From the human T2T-CHM13v2.0 reference genome, Homo sapiens: DNA of 64,000 nucleotides. This document shows, piece by piece, positions 29,110-42,928 of the stretch. Where the stretch lies: the NCBI RefSeq assembly GCF_009914755.1, contig NC_060935.1, one strand, 5' to 3'. Each line of letters begins with the position of its first letter. The stretch's first letter is position 1. The notes beneath the pieces are model-generated. The model ran no database searches. It saw only the letters and a program-made list of their open reading frames with translations, and was not told where the DNA came from. The position numbers and the translations under genes were made by a program.

Positions 29110-29411
29110 TATATATATTTTTTTGAGACAGAGTTTCGCTCTTGTCACCCAGGCTGGAGTGCATTGGCATGATCTTGGCTCACTGCAACCACCACCCCTC
29201 AGGTTCAAGTGATTCTCGTGCCTCAGCCTCCTGAGTAGCTGGGATTATAGGTGCCTGCCACTACGCCCGGCTAATTTTTTTGTATTTTTTAGTAGAGATG
29301 GGGGTTTTGCCATGTTGGCCAGGCTGGTCTCGAACTCCTGACCTCAGGTGATCTGTCTGCCTCGGCCTCCCAAAGTGCTGGGATTACAGGTGTGAGCCAC
29401 TGCGCCTGGCC
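29110..29411 (-). mobile_element. AluS (Sq/Sx-like)
   Basis: Full antisense dimer. Confidence 0.93.
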
Positions 29412-31731
29412 AAATTCTTTATTTTGACAACGTAGTCCCTTATTACAAATTTATTAAGCTGACAGATGTACTTTGATTTCCTATCCTCCTATCTTCATAC
29501 TGGAAAAAATTCCAGTGAATTGATGAAATACACAGGATTCCAGGGAGATTTCTCCCCATTCTAAGATAGGGATGTCTTATTAAACATGTTTTGGGGTAGA
29601 GTTCATTATATATTCCACAAATATCTGATGGTAATTCTATTAATAAATTTATTTCATCTTCTTCACCTAAACAGAACTCATTACTATTTACTATTTGCTT
29701 ATTCTCATAAAATATGATAATAGTGATGGCTTACGAGGGTGTGAGGTAAATACAGTCATTTCTCCTTTCTGTAAATTCCATATGGGTGCTCAATGGCTAT
29801 TATCAGAGAGAATATTAACTTCTTTCTAAATAATGTTTGTAAAACAGATCCTGGTTTTTAAAAAAGAAAACTCATGATTTTATTGGAAAAGTAACTTATT
29901 TATCTTGCAAATGCATATCAAAAGTGGTCCCCAAGTACCCATCTGGCTTTAATACTTTACTAATTTAGTATGGAAAAGAATTACCATAAACTCAAAACAA
30001 TTTTCAGCAAACATTGTCGGCATCCAGTACAAAACAGATCAAATATAATAATTTAGTCAAAAGAAGGAAGTATTTAATACCCGTTTTACTGTTGTACTTA
30101 CTAAAATTCACTAAACAAATATGTAGCAGTTGATTGATTATTTATCCCTCTCAAGTTTATTTCTCTAGGCCCAACCTAAGGACTGAAAGCAGTATCTAAA
30201 AGAAGCCTGAAGATGAGCTGATGTAATATGGAACCTAAGGTCCCCTCCTTGTCTCCTATGGCTCAGTAAGAGACTTAAGTGCTAATTTCAGATTATTTCA
30301 ACAAATTAATTGATCCAGGGTAACACTCAATCCTTCATCCAAGGGTAAGAAATGACTCAGAAGACATAGGTTTGGAATTACAGGGACTATTTGCTTTTGA
30401 TTGTTATTTCATAAAAATTAAGTTCTTTCATATTAAGAAGGATCTGTGAATATAACTAACTAACTGCTATGAGAATGATCATGTAATCAATTTCCTAAAA
30501 AATGGTGGTCAAAATTTTTGCAAAGTGGCAGGATTTAATAATAATAATAATCATCATCATCATCTCAAATATCTATGTTCTATCTCAGGGGTTTTGGATT
30601 TATGTCAAAAAATAACTTAGATCATTCGCACTTTTAAATATTCCCAATGGGTATAAGAAGTACTTAAAATAATCTTTCATAATTTGAACCTCTTAAATAA
30701 CAGCATTTAAATCAATTGATAGAATTTTTTTCACTTCACGAAAACATTAAAGTGGACATTAAAGTTATCTCAAAAGCAGTGTATGGGAAAAAGTGGTATA
30801 ACCTTATGTGAGAAAGGGACAATCAAAATAAAAAGTCAGCTACAGAAGCAGACAATGGGTACACATTTTGCCAATATATCTAAAAACAGCAATATTCTAG
30901 TGGAAAAGAAACTGTCTTTATATAAAATATTTTTAGCAAAACATAGATTCCATAAAAACAACTTACATGCTAACAGTATACAGCACAGTAAATAACCTCA
31001 GGTAAAAAAACAAAGGTCCTCTATTCTAGTTATCATTGTAACTGCTAAGGGGAAAAATATCCAAAAAAGGTGAAGGAAAATACATTCTTCCCTAAGAGCT
31101 GAATGCATGCTACAAGTAAATAGTCTTTAAGATCTTAAAGTTTAGAAAATTGGTTATTATAAAAAATTTTTGTTGTCTATTTATCTACCTCCAGGCTGAG
31201 GTATACATCTAATGAGTACTGTGTGCTAAAAAATATAGAAAGAAGCAGCCGTTGGAAGTAAGGCCTAGATTCAAACCCCAGCCCTGCCATTTCTTAGTAT
31301 ATAACAAACCTTCCTGAGCCTCAGTGTTCAATATCTGAAACAACTCTTATCTTGGGGGATTGTTAGGATAATTAAACGAAATCTTTGTGATTCTCCTATT
31401 ATAATATCTAGCATAAAGAACTCATCCAATAATTTTTAATTAAGGGAATAACTGTTTTTTGAAAATAATGACTTTTTCCTCTATTAATAGTTTCCCAACT
31501 TAGAGCTTCAAGTGGACCTAGTGCAAAGATGTGGCTGGAGAAACTTATTCGTTCTCTTTATTCCTATAATACCATATCCTCTCCAAAACTATATCTGTAG
31601 GCATTCCTTCATTCTGAAACGGTTCTTATCTTTATGCTTGTCTTTAATTTAAAAAAATGTATAAAAACAGTTCACTAAGCATTCTACACCGTTTCTTATA
31701 AATGTGTATTTAGTTGGAGCCTTTTACTCAT

Positions 31732-32017
31732 ACACGTGGAGAGGAACTCAAGCCTCTGGCCACAAGCCACTGAGTAACTAAGGCTAACAGCATCCACTTG
31801 AGTGAGCTTGGAAGTAGATTCTCCAGCTCCAGGTGAGCTTTGAGATAACTTTAACCCAAGCCAGCAAGCTTGAGGGCTCTCGTGAAGGCTTGTAAGCCAG
31901 AAGCATCCAGTGAAACACTCTCAGACTCCTGACTCAGAGAAACTGCATGAGATATTTATAATTTTAAACTGTAATGTTTTTGGGTAATTTGTTAAATGGC
32001 AATAGATAATCAATATA
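31732..32017 (+). mobile_element. MaLR LTR fragment (MLT1 family)
   Basis: gagtgagcttggaagtagattctcc...gggtaatttgttaaatggcaatagataa MLT1 3' end. Confidence 0.7.
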
Positions 32018-32019
32018 GC

Positions 32020-32490
32020 CTACACAGGTCCTTATAACCTAACCCTTGTCTACTTCTCTAATCTTAATTCATCTTACTCTCCTTGGCTTGTTATGCTCCA
32101 GTTACACAGGCCTTCTTTTAATTCCTCCAAGTGCTAAGCTTTCCCCAACTACCTTTGCACCTGCTGTTCCCTCTCCCTGGAATGCTCATCCTCCAATATC
32201 TGAATGGCTGATTGCTTTTCATCCTTCACTGAATTTTTCCCCTGACTACACCTACCTAACATATATGCCATCTTTTACTTCACCCAGCACCCTATTTTCT
32301 TCATAGTACTAATCACAATTTGTCATTCTCCCTCACCCCATGCATAAGACTGTAAGCTCCCACATTAGAATATAAGCTCCCAAAGAGCAGGGACCGTACC
32401 CATCACATTCTTCATTGAATTTCCTACATTTATTCAGGACATGGCACAGAACAGGACCTAAATAAACACTTGTTGAAAAAATGAACAATC
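32020..32490 (+). mobile_element. L2 3' fragment
   Basis: cctttgcacctgctgttccctctccctggaatgctc, taagctcc...gagcaggg and aataaacacttgttgaa motifs. Confidence 0.6.
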
Positions 32491-32646
32491 GATTTTTTTT
32501 TGCAATGAAGGGCATAAAATCACTTTAGATATTACCTATAGTAACAAAGGCAAGACATTCTTACAGTAAGCATTGAGTAGAAAGGGTATCTTTGTTAGTA
32601 AAAGTGCAATTTTATAATGATAATCAGGAGTATATAGTATACATAC

Positions 32647-32811
32647 TTGATTTTGGCCACAACAAACAGATCATTGAATAGGAAAAGATGCCGCTCCTGC
32701 CTCTGGAGGCCTCTTTTGAGTTCTGCCCGGCCATCAATCAGCAGAGTCCTATTGGAGCACACTAATGATGACAGAAATGTGCATGTGTCAACACTAGCAG
32801 AAGGACTGTCC
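32647..32811 (-). CDS. ARHGAP20: ARHGAP20 coding exon, 165 nt, start of PH domain (R)DSPSASVDTCTFLSSLVCSNRTLLIDGRAELKRGLQRQERHLFLFNDLFVVAKI(K)
   Basis: Minus-strand acceptor ctgttacag|G and donor AA|gtatgt. Contains the PH-domain motif ERHLFLFND and matches the recalled ARHGAP20 protein. Phase 2/2. Confidence 0.96.
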
Positions 32812-33384
32812 CTGTAACAGATCAAATGCCACAGATCAGTCAAACGATCATCTTATAGTTGGTCAAGAACTACAAAATTCTGTAATTTTTTTTAATACAA
32901 TGGTATAGCATCCTAACTGGTCATGAGTCTATTCACCACACAGTAGTCTTTAATATTTCATTATGAAAATTTTGAAACAAAGAAAAGTTGAAATAGTTTT
33001 ATAATAAACACATGTATATGTATCTCAATATAGATTCTACCATTAGTATTTTACTATACTTGCTTTACCAAATACCTATCCAACCATCCATTGAATAATT
33101 CATTTTATTTTTGGCATTTCAGGGTAAACTACATACAGGCAGTACACATCCCCCTGAATGCTTCAGCATACATATCATTAACTAGAGTTCAATTATTTAT
33201 TTTGAATTTTTCTCTTGATATCAAATTTACATACAACAAAATGTAGAAATCTTAGGTGTATATCCACTGACTTTTGACAAATGTACTTATCTGTGTAATC
33301 TAAGCCTCTAACAAGATTTAGAAAGTGATCATCACTCCAAATAATTCCCTCTTGCCCCTTCTCAGCTATTATATAAATTAACCA

Positions 33385-33835
33385 AATATAGTCTCTATGG
33401 ATTGGCTCCTGAGTTGTTTATTTCTCCACTGCAGGCTGAGACCTGTCAGTTCAAAACCTCACTAGTATCAAACTTAAATTTTTATATATCGAAGTATTTT
33501 AAAAATAGCCCAATCAGATTTTTAGCCAGTAACAGCCTGCCTGCTTTGCATACTCCATCAAACTACACCCAGCACCTGCTGGCCACTGAAAAGAGAGTGT
33601 CTGTGGTTATGAGACCCCCAAGTTGCTCATGCCCTTTAGAGCTCTCTGACCTAGCCATTCCTCACTACTGAGGAATGGACATCTACTCTCCAGAAATATC
33701 TGCTCTGATTCTTTTCTCCCCTGCCCTCCTTCCCTTCTGGATGGTGGCTCCTTGCCATAAGCCTCTGGACAGTCTCATACTGTGAGGGATTTACTCTCTC
33801 ATGCAATCCTGTACAGTATGTTAAATCTTTGATCA
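33385..33835. mobile_element. Probable ERVL-type LTR fragment nested in the L1M (family uncertain)
   Basis: Interrupts L1 continuity. aaatagccc..agatttttagcca..gcctgcctgctttgcata recalls the MER54/MER73/MER74-group LTRs. Confidence 0.35.
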
Positions 33836-34411
33836 GATCCCAAATACCTCAAACTCCTTATACCAGTCAATCCTGACTTGATCACCCCAGAGGTAACCAC
33901 TATTCTGATTTTTCTTTTTCCCAAGAAAGACTGCCTGTTCTAGAATTTTATACAAATTGAACCACAGTATCTGTTCTTTTGTGTAAGATATTACTTCCTC
34001 ATCATATTTTTGGAATTCATTCATGTTATTACATTTATCAGTAATTCATTCCTTTATCTTACTTAGGTATTCAATGTATAAATATGCCAGAGTTTATTCT
34101 TCTATTGTTGTATACTTGGGCTGTTTCCAGTTTTTAGCTATCATGAATAAAATGGCTATTAAACATTGGTACTAGTCTTTTTGTATCTATGTTTTCATTT
34201 CTCTTGGGTAAATACCTCAGAGTGGAATTGTTAGGTCACAGAGTAGGTATAAGTTTAATTTTAGAAAAACTACCAGTTAGTTTTCCATAACGATGGTACC
34301 ATTTTACATTCCCAGCAACACTGTAAAAGAGTTCCAGTTGCTCCACGACCTTGCTAACATTTGGTGTTATCAATCTTTTGAATTTTGGCCAGTTTAGTGG
34401 ATGTACAGTAG

Positions 34412-34722
<311 letters not shown>

Positions 34723-35544
34723 TTTAATTAGGATTTTAATTTGCATTTCTCTGCTAATTTCTTTCACGTTCTTACTGGCCATTTGCATTATCTTCATTGG
34801 TGAACTGTCTTCAAATCTTTTGCTCATTTAAAACAGTTTGGGTTATGTGTTATTATACGCATATTGAGTTGTAGGAACTTTTTCATGTATCCTAGATTCC
34901 AGTCCTTTGGCAGGTTATGTGTTTTGGAAAATATTTTCTCCTAGTCTGTTGCTTGCCTGTAAACTTTCTTAACCATGTTTCTGACAAAAAGTTTTAAATT
35001 TTGACGAAGTTTATCAAATTTTTTCATATGGTGTTTACTTTCTGTGACCTTTCTAGGAAACTTCCACCTATCCCCTACTCATCAAGATATTCTCCAATGC
35101 ATTCTATTAAAATATGTATGATTTTTAGTTTTTACATTTAAGTCTATGATCCATCCCAAATTAATTTTGCTTAATAAGGTAGAGGGCCAGGTTCATTTTT
35201 TTTCTATATGAATACTTCATTATCCTAGCACCATTTACACCAAAGACTTGGTGCTTACTTATATGTAAAGTAAGTTAGTTGGACTAGGACTATAAGATCT
35301 TTAAATTCCCTTCCTCAATGGATTGCTTTGGTACCTTCTTAAAATCACGACTATAAAGCATAGGTCTATTTCCAGGCTCTCTATTCTGTTGCACGGATTT
35401 ATTGATTCTTATGCTATAACCACACTGTCTTACTGTTCTATGTTTATAGTAAATCATAAAGTTACGTAGTGTTAAGTCCATCAACTTTTTCTTTCTTGAG
35501 ACTGTTTTAGATAATCTAGGTCTTTTGCATTTCTATGTGTTTTT

Positions 35545-35736
35545 TGACTCACCATTTTTTCACTTTATGATGGTGTGAAACTGATAGGCATTCAGTAGAA
35601 ACTGTACTTCAGATTTTGAATTTTACTCTTTTCCTGTGCTAGCTTAGGTGTATTAAATGCATTTTCTACTCATGATATTCTCAACATATGATAGATTTAT
35701 TCTGACATAACCCGTTGTAAGTCGAGGAGCATCTGC
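35545..35736 (-). mobile_element. MER47-family (TcMar-Tigger) fragment
   Basis: Ends gtaagtcgaggagcatctg, the reverse complement of the CAGATGCTCCTCGACTTAC TIR. Confidence 0.75.
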
Positions 35737-37249
35737 ACATTTTAGAGATTAACAAAGTTGAAGAACAAAGGAGGGAAAGCCTATTGTGGCTGGGGAAGAA
35801 GAGATGACCTCAGTTTCAAATGTACTGAGTCTGAAATTATCAGTGGGCTAGGTGGTATGGCAAGATCAGGTAGGCATGCAGCACTTGGAAGAGATGTCAG
35901 AAGCAGAGATGTCATTCAAAGACAGGTGCATAAATAACTCTTTGTAATGGCTAGAACTGCCAAGGGAAGGAGCACAAAATAAGAAAAAAGGCAGAAACAT
36001 ATCCCTGAGAAAAGATGTAAGTTGAAGAGATGAAGGGAAGAGAACCTATGAACAAAGATGGAGACTGGTGAATGAAGTAGCAGAAAAAGAAAAAGTAGTG
36101 GTGGTCAGGAGTGCTGAAACTGACAGAAGGGATAACAAGCTGAGGTCTCAAAAGGTGTCTTGGGGTAAAAAGTCATCAGTTGGTCATTAAGACCTTTGAG
36201 AAAACAGTTCCAGGAGAATGGCGTAGGCAGAACTCAAATGTCTGGAATTTGAGGAGTAAAAGGATGAGAAGTGAGGAACTAAAGGCAAAACTCTTGTTGT
36301 TTTTTTAGCAGCTGAACACTAGAAGGTGACTTTAAGGATTCTAAAGTGGGTACAGCTGGTGAGGAAGGACAGGTAAGCGAGAAACAATCAGCCCTGAAGG
36401 TAGGTATTACTATCCCTCATTTTACAGATTTGAAGCTATTTAGGGTAGCCAAAATATACTGCTACTAAGGTGATTTACAAGTATGGTTTCATGTACTTTA
36501 AAAAATTCTATGTAGTCTTTCAAATGGACAAACACTGCATTGACTCAGCTTCCTCCTCCAGCCATGGTGATTGAGTTCAGTGGTTTAGGATTTAATGACT
36601 TGGGTGGAGTGCTAATCCAAGCCTTTTTGCTAAGTAATGTGATATGGCAAGTTATCTGGTTGGCTTAGTTTCCTATATGTAAAGTAAGTTAGTTGGACTA
36701 GGACTAGAAGATCTTTAAATATCATTTATAATTTATATATGGGACTAACTAAACATGTATCCAAAAGGTGGAATTAAGATTACTGATGAGAGGGAAATGG
36801 ATAATGGATATGATTGGCTATGTCTGTGAGAACACTCCAATCCTAAAATATAGTTTATAAATGTGTAGTTAAGCATATTTGAGAGTCACTTCAGGGAAAC
36901 AATCCAGAGCTGAACTAAATTAAAAGCCATGCAAAAGTCATAATAATGACAATGAGAACAGTTTTTTTTTTAAATTAGTCTAATTAAATGAGGAGCTCAA
37001 AGAACAAGTATTTCTCGGGGTCTCCATCAACGCATATGGTGTAAGAGGCCATGACTTGTCACCTCAATTATCAGGTCCACCTGGCAGCTATAAAAAATCA
37101 GAATTATGGCTTATCTATGTTTCTTGGGTTTGAATAGCATGGGTCACAGTGTCTGATCTCCCCTGGGTATACTAAAAGTATGAGGACCATACCCTATCCT
37201 AATAGCTCTGAATTAATCCCCAGTGGTCAGCCATCCCTTTCTCTATTAC

Positions 37250-37425
37250 ATTCTCATTGTGTGGACTCCTGATCAGCATCATCATCATCAACAGGGAACA
37301 TGTTTTAAAAATGCAAATTCTCGGGCCTTCCTCAGGTTTATTGAATCAGAAACTCTGGAGGGTTGGCTCAGCATCCTGCAGTTTAACAAGCCAGTCAGGT
37401 GATTCTAATGCACATTGAAGTTTGA
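37250..37425. mobile_element. MER5A (hAT-Charlie MITE)
   Basis: aaatgcaaattctcgggcc...gaatcagaaactctg...caggtgattctaatgcac. Confidence 0.7.
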
Positions 37426-38132
37426 TTCTAACGCACATTAGATCAACTCTCTTCATTAGTCTACAACGCATTCTAGCTCTAACATTGTAAAATTCTACAA
37501 TAGTGTATTCCAAGTAAGTATAAGTAGTTTATAGTTCTACTTCAGCTAAGTTGAACTTTTGAGAGTTATTCCATCATTTCCTGTGATTTCTCAGCTATAG
37601 CTACCCCTTTCAAGAAGCGAAGTCTATTATGCTCACTAATTGCTAATTAACCACATACTATGTATAACTTAAATACATATAGGTGAATGATAAGGCAAGT
37701 ATATAAATCAAAGTCCTGTGAAAGAAAAGGGAAAAGGAGTTTCTATGCTTGATATTATAGGTTGGAATTAAGCAGAGAACAAAGAAAAGGCCTACATTCA
37801 CCATCACAGAAAAAAAAAAATCCTTTCTCAAGTTCTTCTGGGGGAGTTGAAGAAGGTATAATAGAATCTTTTAGTATGTAGTGATTTTCAAATGTATAGA
37901 AAACAAAAATAAAGCTTTCACTTGTTGAAACCGAGCAAGGACAAGGCTACTAAGCAATGAATGGGGGAAAGAATGGCTAAAATAATATTTTGCTGAGCTT
38001 TAATTTTTTAATTACATAACAGGAAAACTTTGCAAGAGGAAAAATCATCTTTTGCATTTTGGTTTAGGTATCCAACAAATAACTGCTTCTTGATTATAAG
38101 AAGAAGCCATCAGATTGCAGTATGGCTTAATC

Positions 38133-38330
38133 TAGGGACCTTCAAACTATTACTCAAAGGGTCTGATGATAGTTTAAGTTTTGTGGGCCATGCCATTTCT
38201 GTCAAAACTATTCAACTCTGCCCTTGTATTGCAAAGTCAATCATATACATAAATGAACAGGTGTGGCTGTGTTCTAAGAAAACTTTACAAAAATGGGCAA
38301 CCTGTCTGGGTCATGGTTTGAGGATCCCTG
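38133..38330 (+). mobile_element. MER58A (non-autonomous Cheshire derivative)
   Basis: ttttgtgggccat...aactattcaactctgcc...gtggctgtgttc..aaaacttta...ccctg. Confidence 0.75.
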
Positions 38331-40089
38331 GTTTAAACAATACTTCCAAAACATTTAAATGTTTATAAATAAAGGCTAATCTGAAGTAACTGGAAAATTA
38401 TTATTATTATTTTGCTTGGGGTTGGCCTAGGCCAAAGATTAATTAGGCTATTTTTAAAAATAGTTTACATTTTAAAGCAATTCCAAAGGATTTTCACACA
38501 CAATAACTCATTTTCCTCCTCGTGATATTACTTTCAAATAAGTGGACTGGTGCTGGTGTCCGGGAGAATTCACAATAAAATTAAATGATTTTCTTTTTCT
38601 GTGTGCATCTATCAGGCTGTCATTTTAAAAACCTATATGTAAGTGTGGTGAGAGATGCCTGAAGACTTTAGTAAAAAATTCATTCCATACACTAAAATAA
38701 AAGTAAACATCTCAGCACTCACATAATTTAAACGGAAAAAATTTTCATGGAAGGAAACAAAAACACAACTTTTGTGTTTTTTAATACAATATTAAAGTCT
38801 CCCATTTAAAAATGTGTTTCTCAATTTTATGACTCTGAAGTGTTTATTTTTATTCTGAGTGAAGTGTAGATGTGTTTATTTTACTCTTTTAGAGTATGGA
38901 AATGGGGAAAGGGTAAGACTATAACCTTCTATTTAGCCTTTTAATATAGCCTGATTAGGACTTACAAGTTATAATTAACAGAACTCTAAAATAATCTAAC
39001 AAATCCAAGCAGAGTCTAGGAATTCACCTGTTGCTTGCTTTTTATGTATTAACATTCCATTTTCAAATGGGTTTGTGAAACCATTTCTGAAAAGCAAAAA
39101 CAAGTTTTAGAAACGTAAAAACTAGAAAACAGCTTTCACAAAACCTGGCCACAGTAATATATCAGTATTTACAACTAAAGTTCATTCTAAAAATGAGTCC
39201 ACTTTCAGGTACAGTTTTAGAGACAGTGTTGCTTAATCATAAATTACAAAGAAAATAAAATTCAGAATACTTGGAATTGTCTATGTTTATTAGTAATCAA
39301 TTAGAGATTACGATAACAAGTACTAGATAGGATCTGGATAACCTTAAAGCCTGGTAAAATAATTAGCACATGGTCACTGACCGATAACTGTTAAATAACT
39401 ACATAAAATTTACCTTCCAAAAATTTACCCATTTCTCAAAGCCCATTCCAAATATTAGTTCTACCATGAAAACTTTTTATCAACTGGATCTCTGCTTGGC
39501 ATCTCTTATATGACATCTAGCACCTATGTTCTGCTTTATATATCGTAAATATTCTCATTCAACATTTATTGTGCATACAATTACCATATAATAAATTATT
39601 TGTAATAGTGATAAGGGCTGTCTTTGCTGGGTACCAGCCATGTGCCAGGCATAGGAACTAGATTGGGTCCTTGGCCTCCAAGAGTTATCAATCTGATAGG
39701 CAAGTCAGACAAGTAACATGATGATAAACAAGTGATGTAAGTACAATAAAAGAAATACAGAGTGCAGGAGCACAAAAAAGCAAAAACAGGAGACCCTATC
39801 TGAGACTGCATTGGCTAGGAAAATTCCTTGGAGGAACCAAAGTCTAAAGGATGAACAGAGAGACCAATGAAGGCTGAAGGGCACTTTAAGAAGGAACAGC
39901 ATGTCAAATATGCACCTTGTGCTTCAGTAACTGGAAAATTCAGAAAGGCAGGAGTTATAAAGGCTTGAGAAAGATTAGCAGCAGATGAGAAAGGGGTACA
40001 GTCATTGGTGTTTCTCCTATCACGTAAGGGGCTTAGATTTTATTTGGAAGCACTACAGAATTTTGAGCAGGACATTGCATTTTGTAATA

Positions 40090-40433
40090 CAGGTTGAGCA
40101 TCCCTAATCTGAAAATCCAAAATACAAAATGCTCCAGAATCCTAAAATTTTTGAGCACCACTATGACACCATAAGTACAAATTCCATACTTGGCCTCAAG
40201 TATACAAATTTTGTTTCATGAACAAAATTATAAAAATTGCATTCAGGCTATGTATATAAAGTGTATATGAAATATAAATAAATTGTGTATTTATGCTTCG
40301 GTCCCATCACCAAGATATCTCATTATCTATAAGCAAATATTCAAAAATTAAAAAAACTGAAATTCAAAAATAAAAAAATGAAATTCAAAATACTTCTGGT
40401 CCCTAGCATTTTGTAACAGGGATACTCAACCTG
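40090..40433. mobile_element. Tigger4/Zombi-type MITE (TcMar-Tigger)
   Basis: TIRs caggttgagcatccct and agggatactcaacctg, flanked by a TA duplication on both sides. Confidence 0.88.
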
Positions 40434-40646
40434 TACACTGAAGAATACACAGGAAGGCAACTCAGAGTGAGTGAGACCATTAGGAAGTTACGGCAGTAGT
40501 CTTAGGTAAGAGATGTTGCACACCCAAGTTGGCAGTGAGAAAGGGATAGGAAAGACAACAGAAAACATAAAAGAGATTGTTAAAATTAATACATTGATTT
40601 ACTGGGGGTGGGGTGGGGTGAGCTGGAGATGAAATTGACCAAGAAA

Positions 40647-41040
40647 AAGAAAATGTGGCACATATACACCATGGAATACTATGCAGCCATAAAAAATGAT
40701 GAGTTCATGTCCTTTGTAGGGACATGGAGGAAGCTGGAAACCATCATTCTCATCAGACTATCGCAAGGACAAAAAACCAAACACCGCATGTTCTCACTCA
40801 TAGGTGAGTGAACACAATGAGAACACATGGATGCAGGAAGGGGAACATCACACACTGGGGACTGTTGCGGGGTGGGAGGAGTGGGGAGGGATAGCATTAG
40901 GAGATATACCTAATGTTAAATGACAAGTTAATGGGTGCAGCACACCAACATGGCACATGAATACATATGTAACTAACCTGCACGTTGTGCACATGTACCC
41001 TAAAACTTAGGGTATAATAATAATAAAAAAAGAAAAAGAA
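40647..41040 (+). mobile_element. 5'-truncated L1PA 3' end (about L1PA4-5)
   Basis: ORF2 end/3'UTR sequence, A tail, TSD-like aagaaaaagaa. Confidence 0.9.
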
Positions 41041-41409
41041 TATAACCTTACTGTCCAGGTTTTATTTCCTTATTTTTAATTTTTCATCCAACAAATAACT
41101 GAGCATCTATATGTACTGTCTAGACACTGTGCTATATTAACATATGGAGTAAATAAGTCTGATTTTTTCTCTACTCTTGTGGAACTAGTTTAGCTGCTTG
41201 GCTCAGTTTCTAGTAGAGGTTGGAAACCGCAGCACACACTCATATTTTATTCGATACCCCCCCCCCACAAGAGTTTTAAAAAACATTTGATTTTGAATGT
41301 CCAGTTAGCCACATTCCCTCTCTGTTACTTCTTTACTCTGTCTACTGAACCTCCGAGTTCTCTGAAAGCATTAAGTCTATGGTTCTTGAGCTAGTGTGCT
41401 TTTTTTTTT

Positions 41410-42085
41410 TTAAACAAAAACAAAGAACTAGTATAAAAAACACATGTAAAATATCCCATTGTTACCATTTAAAAATGCATAATTCAGTGGCATTTAGTAC
41501 ACTGACAGTGTTGTAAAACCATTATCACTACTTAGTTCCTGAATATTTTCATTACCCCTAAAGAAAAACCATATAGGTTTTTCTATAAGCAGTCTATAAG
41601 CTTTTCTATAAGCAGTCATTCCCCATTCCCCCTAGTCCCTGGCAACTACTACCATCTTTCTGTCTCTATGGAGTTGCCTATTTCGGGTATTTCACATCAT
41701 GTAATATCTATCCTTTCATGTATGGTTTCTTTCCATTAGCATAAGGTATTCAAGATCTGTTCATGTTGTAGCATGTATTAGCACTTCATTCCCTTTTGCT
41801 GCTGAATAATATTCTGGTGAACGGCTATAGCACATTTGTTTATCCATTCATTAACTGATGGACATTTGGGTTGTTTCCACCTTTTAGCTATTGTGAATAG
41901 TGCTAAGAATTCATGTACATACTGTTTTTGAATATCTGTTTCCAATTCTTTTGAGTACATACCCAGGAGTGGAATTGCTAGATCATATGGTAATTCTATG
42001 TTTAACTTATTGAGGAACTGCCAAACTGTTTCCCACCATGGTTACACCAGTTTACATTCCCACCAGCAATGCATAAGGATCCTAG
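41410..42085 (-). mobile_element. L1MB 3' end
   Basis: tgatggacatttgggttgtttccacc and cccaggagtggaattgct motifs. Confidence 0.8.
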
Positions 42086-42777
42086 TGTTACTTTAGACTT
42101 CTCCCCTTTTGCTTCCCACATAAAGTCATTTCTTATGTTTTGAGAATATTCTAATTAAAAATAAAATTTTTTAACTCTGGATCCTCATAACCTATAGTTT
42201 ATAATGAACTCCTAACTGGATTCTCTAATTTTTACCTCTCTCTTTTCTCCAATCTATACTACTCACCTCTCTCAAATTAATCTTCCGGATGCATAGTACC
42301 AATGATCATAGCATAGACACTGTCTAAAGGGTAAGCCCAGATCATTAGCTTATCAAGTTCTAGCATCTGTTTTACCCTACCTGGTTCTGACATGTAGGTT
42401 AGAACTTTCTATATTGCCTGTGTAACTCTGCAGAGTGTTAGGGAATAAATCAGTCCAGATATCATTTGGAACAAAAAGACTACTGAAATGAAGCTACAAA
42501 AACCACTCTCAACATCAAAACTCTATCTTATTCAGCAATGCAATCCTATTATTTATTTATGACTATATTGAACATCTAGAATTAAAAGTATATTATATGG
42601 GAATCTAATCTATGGCAATTATCTGTCTTAATGAGATCAAACATGAGAAAGTACTATTACATTCTATCACCTTGATAAAATCACATTGAAATTACCAAAG
42701 AAAATAACATGTAGTGATTATAACAATGTGATTGTATGTAATATGTACTGTAACTTCAATGATTAAATAATAAATCA

Positions 42778-42928
42778 GGGGGAGGGGGGAGGGACAGCAT
42801 TAAGAGATATACCTAATGTATATGACGAGTTAATGGGTGCAGCGCACCAACATGGCACATGTATACATATGTAACAAACCTGCACGTTGTGCACATGTAC
42901 CCTAGAACTTAAAGTATAATGAAAAAAA
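42778..42928 (+). mobile_element. Very short (151 bp) young L1PA 3' end
   Basis: G-tract through to the A tail. Perfect 14-bp TSD taaataataaatca at 42764-42777 and 42929-42942. Confidence 0.92.

Noticed and set aside
37400-37439. Small direct repeat tgattctaa(t/c)gcacatt
   Set aside because: An ordinary local tandem duplication at a MER5A end, with no further structure.
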